DNA from: Octopus vulgaris
Lineage: Eukaryota
Direction of reading: 5' to 3'
Assembly: GCA_951406725.2 (NCBI GenBank)
Contig: OX597832.1
Span: 70,246,001 to 70,310,000, forward strand
DNA length: 64,000 nucleotides
The notes under the pieces are model-generated. The model was not told the DNA's origin. It searched no databases and was given only the letters and a program-made list of their open reading frames with translations. The translations under genes and the position numbers were made by a program. This document shows, in pieces, positions 1-12,342 of the stretch. Within the stretch, counting starts at the first letter, position 1, and every line of letters starts with the position of its first letter.

Positions 1-295
1 ATGATAGTAATGTTTTCCTTTTATGGCAAAATATGCACCTAATTCAATAAAATTTTGAAGTTTACTCTGATTTCTATGCATAAAATTCAAAATATCTTCT
101 TTTTTTTGTTCGTATATTAGGTTGGCATAATTCGCCCCTGCCTTTCAATTTCAGTATTAAAACTATGTATAGTACTGCTGCAGTATACGTGTTGCGTACA
201 TTCCTACAATAACGTATTCTTTACATGCTATGAACGCAGAGCTAATTCTGCCTCCAACTCAACCACACCTGTGTTTCACTGATATTTTTGCGTGT

Positions 296-362
296 TTCCT
301 GCATAGATGTCACCAACTGCCGACCCTGAGTAATTACTGACGGCACGTGCCTGACTTATATG

Positions 363-412
<50 letters not shown>

Positions 413-475
413 CATATAAGTCAGGCACGTGCGTCAGCAATTACTCAGGGTCGGCAGTTGGTGACATCTATGCAG

Positions 476-478
<3 letters not shown>
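296..478. repeat. Fold-back palindrome (~75-bp arms) centred on a (TA)n tract
   Basis: ttcctgcatagatgtcaccaactgccgacc...cttatatgtatg (from 296) is the near-exact reverse complement of catacatataagtcagg...catctatgcaggaa (to 478), with 1 substitution and 1 single-base indel; a second (TA)n follows. Confidence 0.9.
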
Positions 479-529
<51 letters not shown>

Positions 530-1139
530 AGAAAAAGGAGGAAGAGAATTCCATTTGTCCCCACCTGGTGAGGTGTTATGCAAAAAATATGTGATAAAAC
601 AAAGAAAATTATATATATCGAATTAAATCAAGGAGTCCTTTAGCAATGTTTCACAAGAAAGGGAAAGCTAAAACTGTAATTAAATACGTCAGAGATTGTT
701 AGAACACCTACAATTCTAGAAATAAGAGCTAAAGTGCTCTTTACATATATATATATATATATATATATTTATATGTACTCACATATACGACCGCTCCACC
801 TTCCTCAACTCAGGTCCATTTTATTTCACAGTTTGTATGTGTAGGTTTCATTTTAAAATTGCCTGCAACCAACCCTATTATGTGTGCTTATCCTGCAACT
901 CTTGTGCTAACTCTTACGGTATTTCACTTTTACTGCCTCTTCCACTACGAAATGAAGCGTTACTGGAGAATTGAAGATACGAAACAATCAACATATATAT
1001 CAGCTAATCTACACACGCGCGCGCACATGTACATGTACATTACATTTATACTTGGCCCCCAACACCTAAAATACGAATGTAAAACAGCATACATACACAT
1101 ATATTATATATATATGCAGATAGATATGTATGTATACAT

Positions 1140-1222
<83 letters not shown>

Positions 1223-1975
1223 CATGCACACGCCACACACACACAAATAGATACACATATTAATTAAACAAAAGTAAAAAGAATCCTATTGCGTTTCACT
1301 TATTAATGCTGAACAAGTGATTTCCTAACATTATTCCTCCAATGTTCCCATGTACATCACGAACAAGACATAGGTAAATACATATTGTGAAATATATATT
1401 AAAGAAAACTCAAGAAAGAAAACAGAACACATGAATGAAAATACAGTGAATTGCAGATTAAGGGCAGGAGAGGTATAAATAGGTAAACGAAAATTGGGAC
1501 AGATCGATGATGCCACTTCAAAGGAACATCTTTTTTATTCATTTATTTACATGATTTTTTATTTTGTTTTATTTGTTATATATATTCTGATTGAGATGCA
1601 ACAGTTCTTGACTAGAAAAAAGGCATTGTGTTAGACTTTCTTCTTTAGCTTGAAATTATTCTTTATATATATCTATGTTATAAAACTCTCACTCTCTCTA
1701 TCTCTCCCTCTCTGTATATATATATATACATGTGCGTGTGTATGTATATGTGTGTGTGCGTACGTGTGTGTTTGTCTGAGGGAATGTGTGTATGCGTGAA
1801 TGTGTGACTGAGGTCAGCCAATAATGAACAAATGGTGTGATACTATTTTACTTGACTCCCGGAAAACATCTTATCTCTGACATTCAATGAGTTGTACTGA
1901 TATTACAGTCTACATCAAAGTATATGCAGTATTTGTGTGTACGTGTGTGCATATGTATGCGTATATGCAAGATAT

Positions 1976-2009
<34 letters not shown>

Positions 2010-2101
2010 CATATATATAACAAAGTGGAGTTGTAGGATACCGCGCGAGTGGAATTATATACGAAAGAAGGTTTGAAAATGCAATTTTAAAAGATGTTTA
2101 T

Positions 2102-2146
2102 TTACTTTACCGGTTTCACTCTTTGGAAAAAGATTGTCAAAAGTAA
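2102..2146 (-). ncRNA. Minimal hammerhead ribozyme motif (U3-A8 core variant), left arm of PLE family A
   Basis: Reverse complement reads UUACUU-UUGACAA-stemII-GAAA-CCGG-UA-AAGUAA. Confidence 0.65.
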
Positions 2147-3712
2147 CATGTAAAAGTTTGGTTGCGTTAATTATTGGTTGTTACAAAATGCTAAATTACA
2201 TATATACAGTCTTTGGTAACAAGAACATGTTAAGGACATTAAAAATTTTAACAAGTTCCTTAAAATATTGGGCACAAAAGATTACAACATAAATATACAT
2301 TCTCAAGAAAATGTTAATGATAGTTTTCAGAAGGAATTATTAAAAAGTTCAGTGGGATATTGGTATTGTATCTGTATATTCAAACACGCACAGAATATTG
2401 GTTGTTACAGAGTACTACAATACATATATATACATTCTTTGGTGACAAGAGCATGTTAAGAACATAAAAAAGTTTAACAAGTTCATTGAAATATTGGGCA
2501 CAAAAGATTACAACAAATATATACGTTCTCAAGAAAATGTAAAAGATAATTTCCAGAAGGAATTATTAAAAAGTTCAGTGGAATATTGGTATACACGCAC
2601 AGAATACTATGATTTCAAAAATGTTTACATTATAATAGTAGGGAAGCTAAAACTGACATGTCCACCATGTTAGCGTAAAATAATATTATCTATTCAAGGG
2701 ACATTGTAGGTGTGTTTGGGTGGGGGAAGGAAGAGTAATGTGGAATTGAAAAGAATTTCTTCTTTTTGTCTCTCCTTCACGCACCAATGATTTGGGGGAT
2801 TGGTCTTTAGAGGTCAGAATGGTTCGAGTGTGTGTGTCTTTGTGTGTGTGTATATACATATGTGGTGTGAATAGATGTGTCTGTGTGTTTGTAAAATCTG
2901 GTAGGATGGTGTGTGTATATGTGTGCCCGTTTGTCAACCGCGTGTGTGATCGTCTTGGTGTTGTGTGTGTGTATGTATGTGCGTGATTGGCATTTGTCAT
3001 GGTGATGTGTGTGTGCATGTGTGTATATATGTGTGTCTGTATGGAGGTCAGAATTGTGTGAGTGTGTGTGTCTTTGTGTGAGTTTATATATGTATACATG
3101 TGTTTGTGTGTGTGGGCTGTTTTGATTGGTCCCAGGGTCCATTGTGGTATAAATAGATGTGTATTTTTTAAAATTTGGTAGGATGTTGTGTGTATGGTGT
3201 TGTGCGTGTGTGTACGTGTGTGATTGGCATTCGTCATGGTGCTGTGTGTTGCATGTGTGTGTATATGTGTGTCTGTATGGCGGTCAGAATGGTGTGAGTG
3301 TGTCTGTCTGTGTGTGCGTATATATGTATACATGTGTCTGTGTGTGTGTGTGGGGGTGTTTTTGATTGATCCCAGGGTCCATTGTGGTGTAAATATATGT
3401 GTGTTTTTTTAGAAATTTGGTAGGATGGTGTGTGTATATGAGTGCCCGTTTGTCAACCGTGTGTGTGATTGTCTTGGTGTTGTGTGTGTGTGTATGCGGG
3501 TGGTTAATGTTTGTTAGTGTGTTGCGTGTGTGCTAGTGTGTATATGTGTTTGTTCGTATGTGTGTCCATGTGTGTTGGGTTTGTCTGGGTGGCGCGTGTG
3601 TGTTTATGCGTTTTGTGTGCGTTGGTATTGAGTATGTGTCTGTGTGTGTGCGTATATATGGTGCGAGTGTGTGTCTGTGTGTTTGTTTTGGATGTGTGCC
3701 TGGGGGGGTATG

Positions 3713-4140
3713 TTAGAGTATGTTTAGTTGTGGTCTGTATTTTTGAATAATATTATTTTCCCTATTTATTCGTGTTTGGTCTGTGGTGTTGTCTGGCATT
3801 GGTATATTGAGGAAACTAAGAATTTGGGGGACTTATTGTGTGCACAGAGGCCTATGTGTCCACTAAGTGGTATCTATCTTGTGGTAGGGTCCCTCAGTTG
3901 TTGGCGGTGAACTGTCATCCTTTCTCTGAGGGTAAGGCTCGTTTGCCCTATGTAGTCTTCGTGGCACCCTTCACGCCTTATGACATAGAGTAAATTTATT
4001 GATGTGCAGGTGAAATTATTTTTTATGATAGAGGTGTGTCCTGACTGGAACTTGTACGTTGATCCCTCAATGAGGTGGATGCAAGTCCTGCAGTTGAAAC
4101 GACCACATTTTTTGACGGTGGGCGGTGGGTTTGTGTTGTG
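3713..4140 (-). pseudogene. PLE Zn-linker plus GIY-YIG endonuclease C-terminal fragment (internal stop and frameshift)
   Basis: Manual translation: VKKCGRFNCRTCIHL...NNFTCTSINLLYVIRREGCHEDYIGQTSLTLRERMTVHRQQ...*...ENNIIQKYRPQLNIL*. Confidence 0.9.
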
Positions 4141-4795
4141 TAATCCCCCAAATCATTGATGCGTGAAGAAAGACAAAAAGGAGAAATTCTTTTCAGTTCC
4201 ACATTACTCTTCCTTCCCCCACCCAAACACACCTACAGTATCCCTGAAATAGATAATATTCTTTTACGCTAACATGGTGGACAGGTCAGTTTTAGCTTCC
4301 CTACTATTATAATGTAAACATTTTTGAAATCATAGTATTCTGTGCGTGTATACCAATATTCCACTGAACTTTTTAATAATTCCTTCTGGAAATTATCTTT
4401 TACATTTTCTTGAGAACGTATATATTTGTTGCAATCTTTTGTGCCCAATATTTCAATGAACTTGTTAAACTTTTTTATGTTCTTAAAATGCTCTTGTCAC
4501 CTAAGAATGTATATATATGTATTGTAGTACTCTGTGACAACCAATATTCTGTGCGTGTTTGAATATACAGATACAATACCAATATCCCACTGAACTTTTT
4601 AATAATTCTTTCTGAAAACTATCATTAACATTTTCTTGAGAATGTATATTTATGTTGTAATCTTTTGTGCCCAATATTTTAAGGAACTTGTTAAAATTTT
4701 TAATGTCCTTAACATGTTCTTGTTACCAAAGACTGTATATATGTAATTTAGCATTTTGTAACAACCAATAATTAACGCAACCAAACTTTTACATG

Positions 4796-4840
4796 TTACT
4801 TTTGACAATCTTTTTCCAAAGAGTGAAACCGGTAAAGTAA
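4796..4840 (+). ncRNA. Minimal hammerhead ribozyme motif (U3-A8 core variant), right arm of PLE family A
   Basis: Stem I ttactt/aagtaa; core ttgacaa; stem II ctttt/aagag; gaaa; palindromic accggt; GUA triplet. Confidence 0.65.
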
Positions 4841-4906
4841 ATAAACATCTTTTAAAATTGCATTTTCAAACCTTCTTTCGGATATATATATATATATATA
4901 TATATA

Positions 4907-4958
4907 TTGGTAAAAACGGTAAGGTAACAAAAGAAAGAAATATTATGTAAATATTATG

Positions 4959-5027
<69 letters not shown>

Positions 5028-5243
5028 GTATAAATCTAAGTGGAGGCGCAATGGCCCAGTGGTTAGGGCAGCTGAAATCGCGGTCGTAGAATCGGAGTTT
5101 CGATTCCCATACCGGGTGTTTTGAGTGTTTATTGAGCAAAAACACCTAAATTTACATAATATTGATGTCTCTTTCTTTTTGTGGTAGAGTCCTTTAGTTG
5201 TTGGCGGTGAACTGTCATCCTTTCTCTTACCGTTTTTACCAAT
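4907..5243. mobile_element. Pair of inverted terminal fragments of another (TA)n-associated, probably PLE-derived family
   Basis: ttggtaaaaacggtaag...tattatgtaaat (4907-4963) versus tttacataatatt...cttaccgtttttaccaa (5151-5242). Confidence 0.55.
5041..5150 (+). mobile_element. tRNA-derived SINE head
   Basis: A box-like tggcccagtggtt and B box-like gtttcgattcc; resembles the head of the SINE at 12001-12342. Confidence 0.7.
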
Positions 5244-5392
5244 AAATTACCTCCCGAACGACGCTATTCTTCACTAAGAGATAATACACCTTTTTTGGAT
5301 AATCACCAGACATTGGTTGAGAACTCTAACACACAGAAGAATTTAATATGGACGCCTATTGCATAGATTATTCTATGAAAAACATACCATTA

Positions 5393-5455
<63 letters not shown>

Positions 5456-5673
5456 AGCCAGTGTGGCAGAGTAGGTTCCCCAAACCATCTGAAGCTATTC
5501 TCTGGCTGAGTGAACATGCAGAGACCTTCGTCCTGGAGTGGACTGGAGATGAGTATTCCGAGGAAATGAAAATCAAAATATTTTACCCCAAAATAAAAGT
5601 CTTTCAATCAATCGAACACGATCAGCTAGCTTATGGAGGCTCTCAGTTTCCATCATGGCCTCAAGACCATGAC

Positions 5674-6705
5674 TGTTAATATTTTGTTCGAAGGATAGAT
5701 TTGTTGTATAGTATTGCTGCTATATTAGTATTATTGTGGAGTCATACTTGGTGTTTCATGGGTTTTATATTAAAGAGTTAAAGATCCCAATCGGTCAGGA
5801 AATGCGATGGGATTGCGGCTAAAAAGTAACCGGTGTATGCGTTGCTCACCGAGTCCTGACAAGATCGTCAAGCACCTTGGGCATGGTGCTACAGGTACAG
5901 CCGTTGATGACTTGCTCAACTTTAACCCAACACCTTAGCTTTTTGTTTAATGAAATGCATTCCTTGTTTTGTTTCACGAAATTTTCGTTAAACTGAACCG
6001 CCCGTTTCTTATGTATTTATTATCATACATCACCTTTTATATAACATCTCTGGAAGTGGCGTTTATTTTATTAGTGTATAATATATACATCATAATTTAT
6101 TAACAGAATCCCCAGCTTTTTCTAACTTCTTCATTCAAAATATTAATTTTCGTTGCACTGTATTTCGTCATTCCTGTAGTTTGGATTCATTTCTTTCGTG
6201 TACAGGCGCAGTTTATTATAATCTGTCGATGTCTTCGCTGACCGAGTTGATACTTATTTTCAACTAAGTAACAAAATGAAATAGTGTACTTTGTTCATAT
6301 CCTTGGTTTAGGAATCGAGCCAACAACCTTATGATCCTAACCCCAGCAACCTGAACAGCAGATCACATGTCTTCATCTGAAAATAAGTGAAATGTTGTCA
6401 TATTGTCGAATACATAAACAGAGAAAACTTTCCCTAAAAATAAAAATTGACAGTAAAAATACATGTGAAGAGCGGAGAATGGTATGTAAGGACAACTGCT
6501 GGTCTTCCACAAACAACCATACGCAAACATGTGCCTCGGGGGTGGGGGGGTTCTTTATAGCCGCAATCCCATCGCCATTCCTGACCGATTGGGATCTTTA
6601 ACTCTTTAATATAAAACCAATAAAACACCAAGTATGACTCCACAATAATACTAATATAGCAGCAATACTATACAACAAATCTATCCTTCGAACAAAATAT
6701 TAACA
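5674..6705. mobile_element. Non-autonomous inverted-repeat element (MITE/foldback-like) with ~150-bp TIRs
   Basis: tgttaatattttgttcgaaggatag...gattgcggcta (from 5674) versus tagccgcaatc...ctatccttcgaacaaaatattaaca (to 6705); no clear TSD; non-coding interior. Confidence 0.75.
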
Positions 6706-8271
6706 TTCAATGTCATGTTTTGAATATCTAGAATGTTTTTTTCTGCAAACCCTCAATGTACAAATAATCAATTGTTCTGGAATTTGTGAGTTGATTTATA
6801 TTCTTCTTTGTTGGAATATCCCAGTATATCAAAGTTTTATGAAAATTAGTTCTTGTATAACCAGTGACTGCGAAATAGTTACAAATGAAGATCTATATCA
6901 GTGATATACAAGAGCTATGAAACATATATTTTAACATTCTATAGAAGGAGGATATAGATTATTGCCGTCGTTATTTACTTAATTGGTGAGTTTTTAACTA
7001 GAGGAAGAGAAAGTTAATCTCAACTAAAGTTAGATTGTTGTCTTGAGTTACAAACACTGGACACACATGAAAGCGATTTAACTCACGTTTAGTTATTACG
7101 GAAAAGAAGCTTATGATTTTGGCTTAAAACATAGAATATAGAAAGAGAGTTTTAGATAGATAGAATGGGCAAATATATACGCCAAACGTAAGTTAAATCA
7201 GTTTTAAGCAGAGTTTAAGAGTAGATTTGAAAAATTAGATAATAATGAAATAAAAATATACTAAAAATGATTTGTGCATTCATTCCTAACACGCTCCGGT
7301 AGACTTAGACATGAATATGCTATTTTCAGTTTATTCCTTTGTTATTTTTCAAACTTGGAAATCCTGCCGATGAAATGAAATAGCTATTTTGCAAGAGTCT
7401 ATTTTAGCATATTAAAAAAAATATTTAAAATTTACATACATTTTACTTTAACGTATTTTTTTATATCCCAGTTCCCAATATATTATAAGCAGCAAATATA
7501 ACAAGTTTATTAAATAACTCTGCAGTTTTGTAAAATAACAATAGTAGGGACTATAAAATTGCTTGAAATATATATGATAACATGCCAATCATTTTGAACA
7601 AAGTAGCGACGGTTATGTGCTTTGCTTCTCAGAGAAAAATTAATATCATGTTTTATAAAGGTCTCATCATGAACAAACATTAACAATTCATATTTTCAAT
7701 TAACTAACGGCTGAAAACTGAGAAATTCCATAACACATTCATCCATATTCTAAAAAATATCTTTATTTAACGTAAACACAAAACAGAAAATCGTTATTTT
7801 TGTCGCCATATATCAAAACCACTAGACAACGAATGACTGACAGGCGGCTTTATACAATACGGTTCTGACTACATCAAAATGTTTTGTATTGTTAACTTGA
7901 ATATTCAAAGAGGTTATTTTTTATAGTTTATGTTATATCTACATACAAAGTCGTTTATAGTGAATGAGAGCAAGAATGCTCAAGTATAATTACGTACTTA
8001 TATGTGTATATGTTGGTATGAGTGTATGCTTGCATGTATATTTGTACGATGTTGCAATATTCGTGTATGCTAGAACTTCCTCATTGTATTACAGGTACAA
8101 ATGCTATATGGATATTGACAAAAACACACGCATGCACACACACATACACCTCTATGTATATACATACAATGTATATACTATATGCCTTGCACATATATAC
8201 TGTATATATATATATGTGAATGTGTGTGCTTGTATATCTATGCATACACATACATAAATATATATGTATAC

Positions 8272-8323
<52 letters not shown>

Positions 8324-9297
8324 TATTATAAAAGGCAGATTTTATCTGCCTCCCTTTGTCTCTTATAGAAATCTACAATATAGGATTTCTTCAATTACAA
8401 TTTACCTAGCATTTTTAAGAGTAGAATGCATCGGGTCGTGCCAGGTCCAGTTTTTTAAATTTCAACCCCAATTAAGCAAAATTTAGAGAAAACTCACATT
8501 GTGGTGTGTGAGTCAAGTGCTTTTCTTAGTGTGAGCTATAGAACACGCACACACACACACAAAAAGGGAGCGATCTGATTCACTCACGCTATCACTCTAA
8601 TTTCTACGACTTTCTCTTTGCAAGTTTGCAACGATTAAAGTGAAACTACTTCGATAAAACGAGAGAAGTGTACCTTAAACCACTACTAAAAAAAAAACAG
8701 CAAACAGAAACAAATAAATACATAACGATTTACTCCTCACACAATTTCTTCAATTAGAGTTTACCCATGATTTTTCAAAGTACTTCCATTGGGTCATGCC
8801 ATACAAAATTTCTTTCAATTTTACCCCCAATTAAGACAAAATTCGAGAAAACTCAATATTTTAACATTTCACTCCGAAAGCATTGATGTACATGTGTGCG
8901 TGCGTGAATGTGTGTGTGTCATTCCTCACACACACGCATACACATACATATATGACAGTGACAAACACAAACGTTTCAAACAACTACATACAAACACGTG
9001 TGTGTTTGTTATTAGTAAAAAAGGCGCCAAAACACAACTCACTTCTCATTCCAACACATTTGCAAAGACACACGGACGGTCGAATTGCTATAACAATACA
9101 GAAAAGGTAAATTGGTTTTTATTTTACGAGTAAATCTCTTTAGTACATTCGTGAAAACACGTATTATACTTCGTAAACAGTTCAACTACAGTTTTGTACA
9201 AAAATCGAAGTGTAATTTTAATTCCGTGAATTATGGGAGATTTTTTTTCCGAAATTTGTTCCTATTGTGTTTTCAAAATTTGTAATTCTGACAAAAA

Positions 9298-9810
9298 ATG
9301 GATACGAATTTCATTATATCAAGCAGCGAGTCAGAATTCGAAGGATTTTCTACTGAAGACCTTGATAAATCTAACTCTATGACTGAAAAAAAAAAGCATG
9401 TGGTATTTGATAATGAATCTGATGTTTCATTTTCCGAAAGTGAAAACAGTGAATCCGAGAGCTCCGACAGCGATAAAGAAAGTGAATTGGCACCTGAATG
9501 GAGCGAAAATTTAAAAACTGTTTCTTTCGGTGATTTTTATGAAGAAACTGGACCAAGCCACAGACTTTCCCAGAAGAGTAAAGCCTTAGACTATTTCTTT
9601 TTACTTTTTCGAATGAGCCCATTTGAAATCATTACGGCGGAAACGAACTGTTACGCTAAACGTAAACAAAGCGAAAGAAAGGATAGTTTGTTATTTCCCA
9701 CAACCTTAAATGAAATTAAGGCCTATTTTGCCATAAATATTATTATGGGTATCAGAAAGTTACCCAGAATAACAAATTCTATCGTAAAATTTTGTTGTAT
9801 ACCCAATTGA
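9298..9810 (+). pseudogene. piggyBac transposase N-terminal fragment (truncated before the DDD catalytic core)
   Basis: Acidic S/E-rich N-terminus (SESEFEGF), then GPS...ALDYFFLLF...IITAETNCYA...TTLNEIKAYFAINIIMGIRKLP, typical of DDE_Tnp_1_7. Confidence 0.88.
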
Positions 9811-10086
9811 ATATTAGCTAATAACCCATTTTCTATAGCGATGTTTGAACAAAATTTTAATAATTTTATATATTGTTGAATTTACCTGTATCTACCTGCA
9901 ATTAGAGTCACTTTGTGACAAAAATTATAATATAGAATTGGTTGAGAACATTTCATTAAATTATCTTCCAAAATTCATGTTAATATATTGATAAATAAAA
10001 AAGTTATAGTTGTTTAATGAAGCCAGACTAAATTTATGATTACGTTAGAAATTAATTGAAACACATGAGGGGTGTATTTTGGTCAG

Positions 10087-10109
10087 AAATATAGTAACGA
10101 AAGGGTTAA
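10087..10109 (+). mobile_element. piggyBac right terminal repeat plus TTAA target site
   Basis: aaatatagtaacgaaaGGG|TTAA; no matching TTAA-CCCTTTCG left end seen upstream. Confidence 0.75.
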
Positions 10110-10217
10110 GAAAAACCAAAAAATATTTTATTCTTTATAAATGTTGTGTTCAAAATAACATTTTCTTTTAAGAATGTGTATATAACAAAGTATGTGTATA
10201 TAACTACGTGGCTTATA

Positions 10218-10613
10218 TCTTTATATATAAGAGTGAAGTTGTGTGTCTGTCTCCTACGATTTAGATTCCTAACTACTCCCACATTTTGCGGTGCAGTTTA
10301 ACCAAAAGCGGGTATCTTATAGTCGTGATTCATATCGAGCCCTTCTGGGTATTAGCGCGCGTCTACGATGAGTCTACGATTTAAAAAAAAATTACCATCA
10401 TATTTTTCCATTTTAATGCATTTTTTCGCTATTATTTAAGGGAAGTAACTCTCTAAAAATATCTCCGATGTGTCAACGATTTAAAAAAAAATTTGCCTTA
10501 ATTGTTATTCCATTTTTAATGCATTTTTTTGCTATTTTCTGGCTATAACTCTCTAAAATGCTTATATAGTTATTTCCCTTACAAACCCGAGCAACGCCGG
10601 GCGATACTGCTAG
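10218..10613 (+). mobile_element. Short (~400-bp) non-autonomous Helitron supplying the 3' end of the composite
   Basis: Second A|TCTTTATATATAA 5' end at 10218; 3' hairpin plus CTAG. Confidence 0.75.
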
Positions 10614-10835
10614 TATATATATAATTCTCAGTCTCGTTAATTTCGCCTGACGAGTTTGAAGGAAAGGATTTTTTTAAAAGGATATAAAAATAAGCTGAAT
10701 GTATTTGCGATGGATGTGTGAATGTAACTTGAACCCAGCTACGGATGTTGTTGCTATGAAGTCTCATGGACAAATGTGCCTGTTGATTACGGGATTAAAT
10801 CCTTTTATTGTACCATTTTTTCAACTCTTATATAT

Positions 10836-10882
<47 letters not shown>

Positions 10883-10883
10883 A

Positions 10884-11988
10884 AGGGTGAAAAGGAACAC
10901 ACGAGTTGATATATATGAAAAAACAAGTCAAAATAAAAAATGCTAAAATAATTTTATAAAGAACATTTCAGCACCGGTTTCGGCCATTTTGAGACCTTTT
11001 CAACTGTAACGATTAAATAATTAAATTTAGAAAAATTAAAAGAAAAGTTTTTTTAAAGGAATATTTGTATAGTGTTCAAATATAAGTGGCATTCTGCCTT
11101 TCTCTGTCTTCCTTGTTTGCACTTGTGTGTTCGAGGCCGTTGTGAATTTTTGGTAGGGTAGAAGAAGAAGGTTGATGAGGAGAGGGGGTGGAAAAATTTG
11201 GGAGTGCCTTGATGGTCGTATTTTGAATGGTCAGTGGCGGCTAGCAGTTGCAGTTCAATTCAGGAGAATATTTCTATTGAAAGGTTTGTTTATGGAATTT
11301 GCGTAGGTGTTATACTAAAAAGCATTAGTGATAAAGTTAAGAAGTAGACGGTGGAGAAGAAGAAGAAGAAGAAGAAGAAGAAGAAGAAGAAAATGACGAT
11401 GTTGATGATGATGATGATGATGAAGAAGAAGGAGAAGGAGAAGAAGAAGATGATGATGATGGTGATGATGATGACGACGATGATGATGATAATGATGATG
11501 ATGAAGAAGAAGAGGAAGAAGAAGAAAAAGGAGAAGGGAGAATATGAATGGGTGAAAGTAGTGAAGTGTTGTATGACTTGAAGTTGGCACGTTATGGATT
11601 ATAGCTGTGATTGGGGCTGATTTGTAATGGATTCTTTAGAATGTAATATTTGTGTGTGTATTTCCTTTATTCTAAAGTTGAGGTATATTAATCGTTTGTC
11701 GTAGACCCGTAGACCCCTCATCAACCTTCTTCTTCTTCTACCCTACCAAGAATTCACAACGGCCTCGAACACACAAGTGCAAACAAGGGAGACAGAGAAA
11801 GGCAGAATGCCACTTATGTTTGAACACTATACAAATATTCCTTTAAAAAAACTTTTCTTTTAATTTTTCTAAATTTAATTATTTAATCGTTACAGTTGAA
11901 AAGGTCTCAAAATGACCGAAACCGGTACTGAAATGTTCTTTATAAAATTATTTTAGCATTTTTTATTTTGACTTGTTTTTTCATATAT
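10884..11988 (-). mobile_element. PLE-derived inverted-repeat element (family C) in (TA)n
   Basis: ~272-bp inverted arms at 10909-11180 and 11716-11988; tail 10884-10908; HHR in arms; internal (GAA/GAT)n tract. Confidence 0.85.
11888..11935 (+). ncRNA. Minimal hammerhead ribozyme motif (U3-A8 core variant), PLE family C
   Basis: cgttacag-TTGAAAA-ggtc(tcaaaat)gacc-GAAA-ccgg-TA-ctgaaatg. Confidence 0.7.
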
Positions 11989-12000
11989 ATATATATATAT

Positions 12001-12342
12001 GTTGTTGACCCCCTTCGGTCACGACACTGACCATGGGATTGCACCTAGAAAGTTACCCTCCTAGTCACAAGTCTGGGCAAGGTTGTTTATAGAAGACCAG
12101 CAGTCGCCCATGCATACCGGTCTCCCCTCTCCACGCCACCAGTGTTATCCAAGGGAAAGGCAACGGCCGATACAGCTTGGCACCTGTGACGTCGCAACTC
12201 ATTTCTACAGCTGAGTGAACTGGAGCAACGTGAAATAAAGTGTCTTGCTCAAGAACACAACACGCAGCCCGGTCTGGGATTCGAGCTCACAACCTCACGA
12301 TCGTAAGCTCGACGCTCTAACCATTGAGCCATGCGCCTTCAC
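12001..12342 (-). mobile_element. Full-length tRNA-derived SINE (family 1)
   Basis: Reverse complement head gtgaaggcgcatggctcaatggttagagcg...gctcgaatccc; central ttgctccagttcactcagctgtagaaatgag; 5'-truncated copy at 42356-42572. Confidence 0.85.

Larger units (their letters stand above)
2020..4880 (-). mobile_element. 5'-truncated Penelope-like element (family A, Neptune-type) with inverted pseudo-LTRs, inserted in (TA)n
   Basis: ~740-bp inverted arms at 2062-2801 and 4142-4880; unpaired tail 2020-2061; GIY-YIG coding remnant at 3713-4140; HHR in each arm; (TA)n on both flanks. Confidence 0.92.
8321..10613 (+). mobile_element. Composite non-autonomous Helitron
   Basis: 5' A|TCTTATTATAAAAG after (TA)n; 3' hairpin cccgagcaacgccggg (10586-10601) followed by CTAG|T; no TSD. 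Confidence 0.7.

Noticed and set aside
630-710. Minus-strand ctgacg...gaaa in a (TA)n-flanked fragment
   Set aside because: A9 is missing and stems are poor; possibly a PLE relic but unsupported
12265-12342. tRNA gene
   Set aside because: The tRNA-like segment is fused to a SINE body and has no proper acceptor stem; the same holds for 5041-5120, 54223-54310 and 59794-59860
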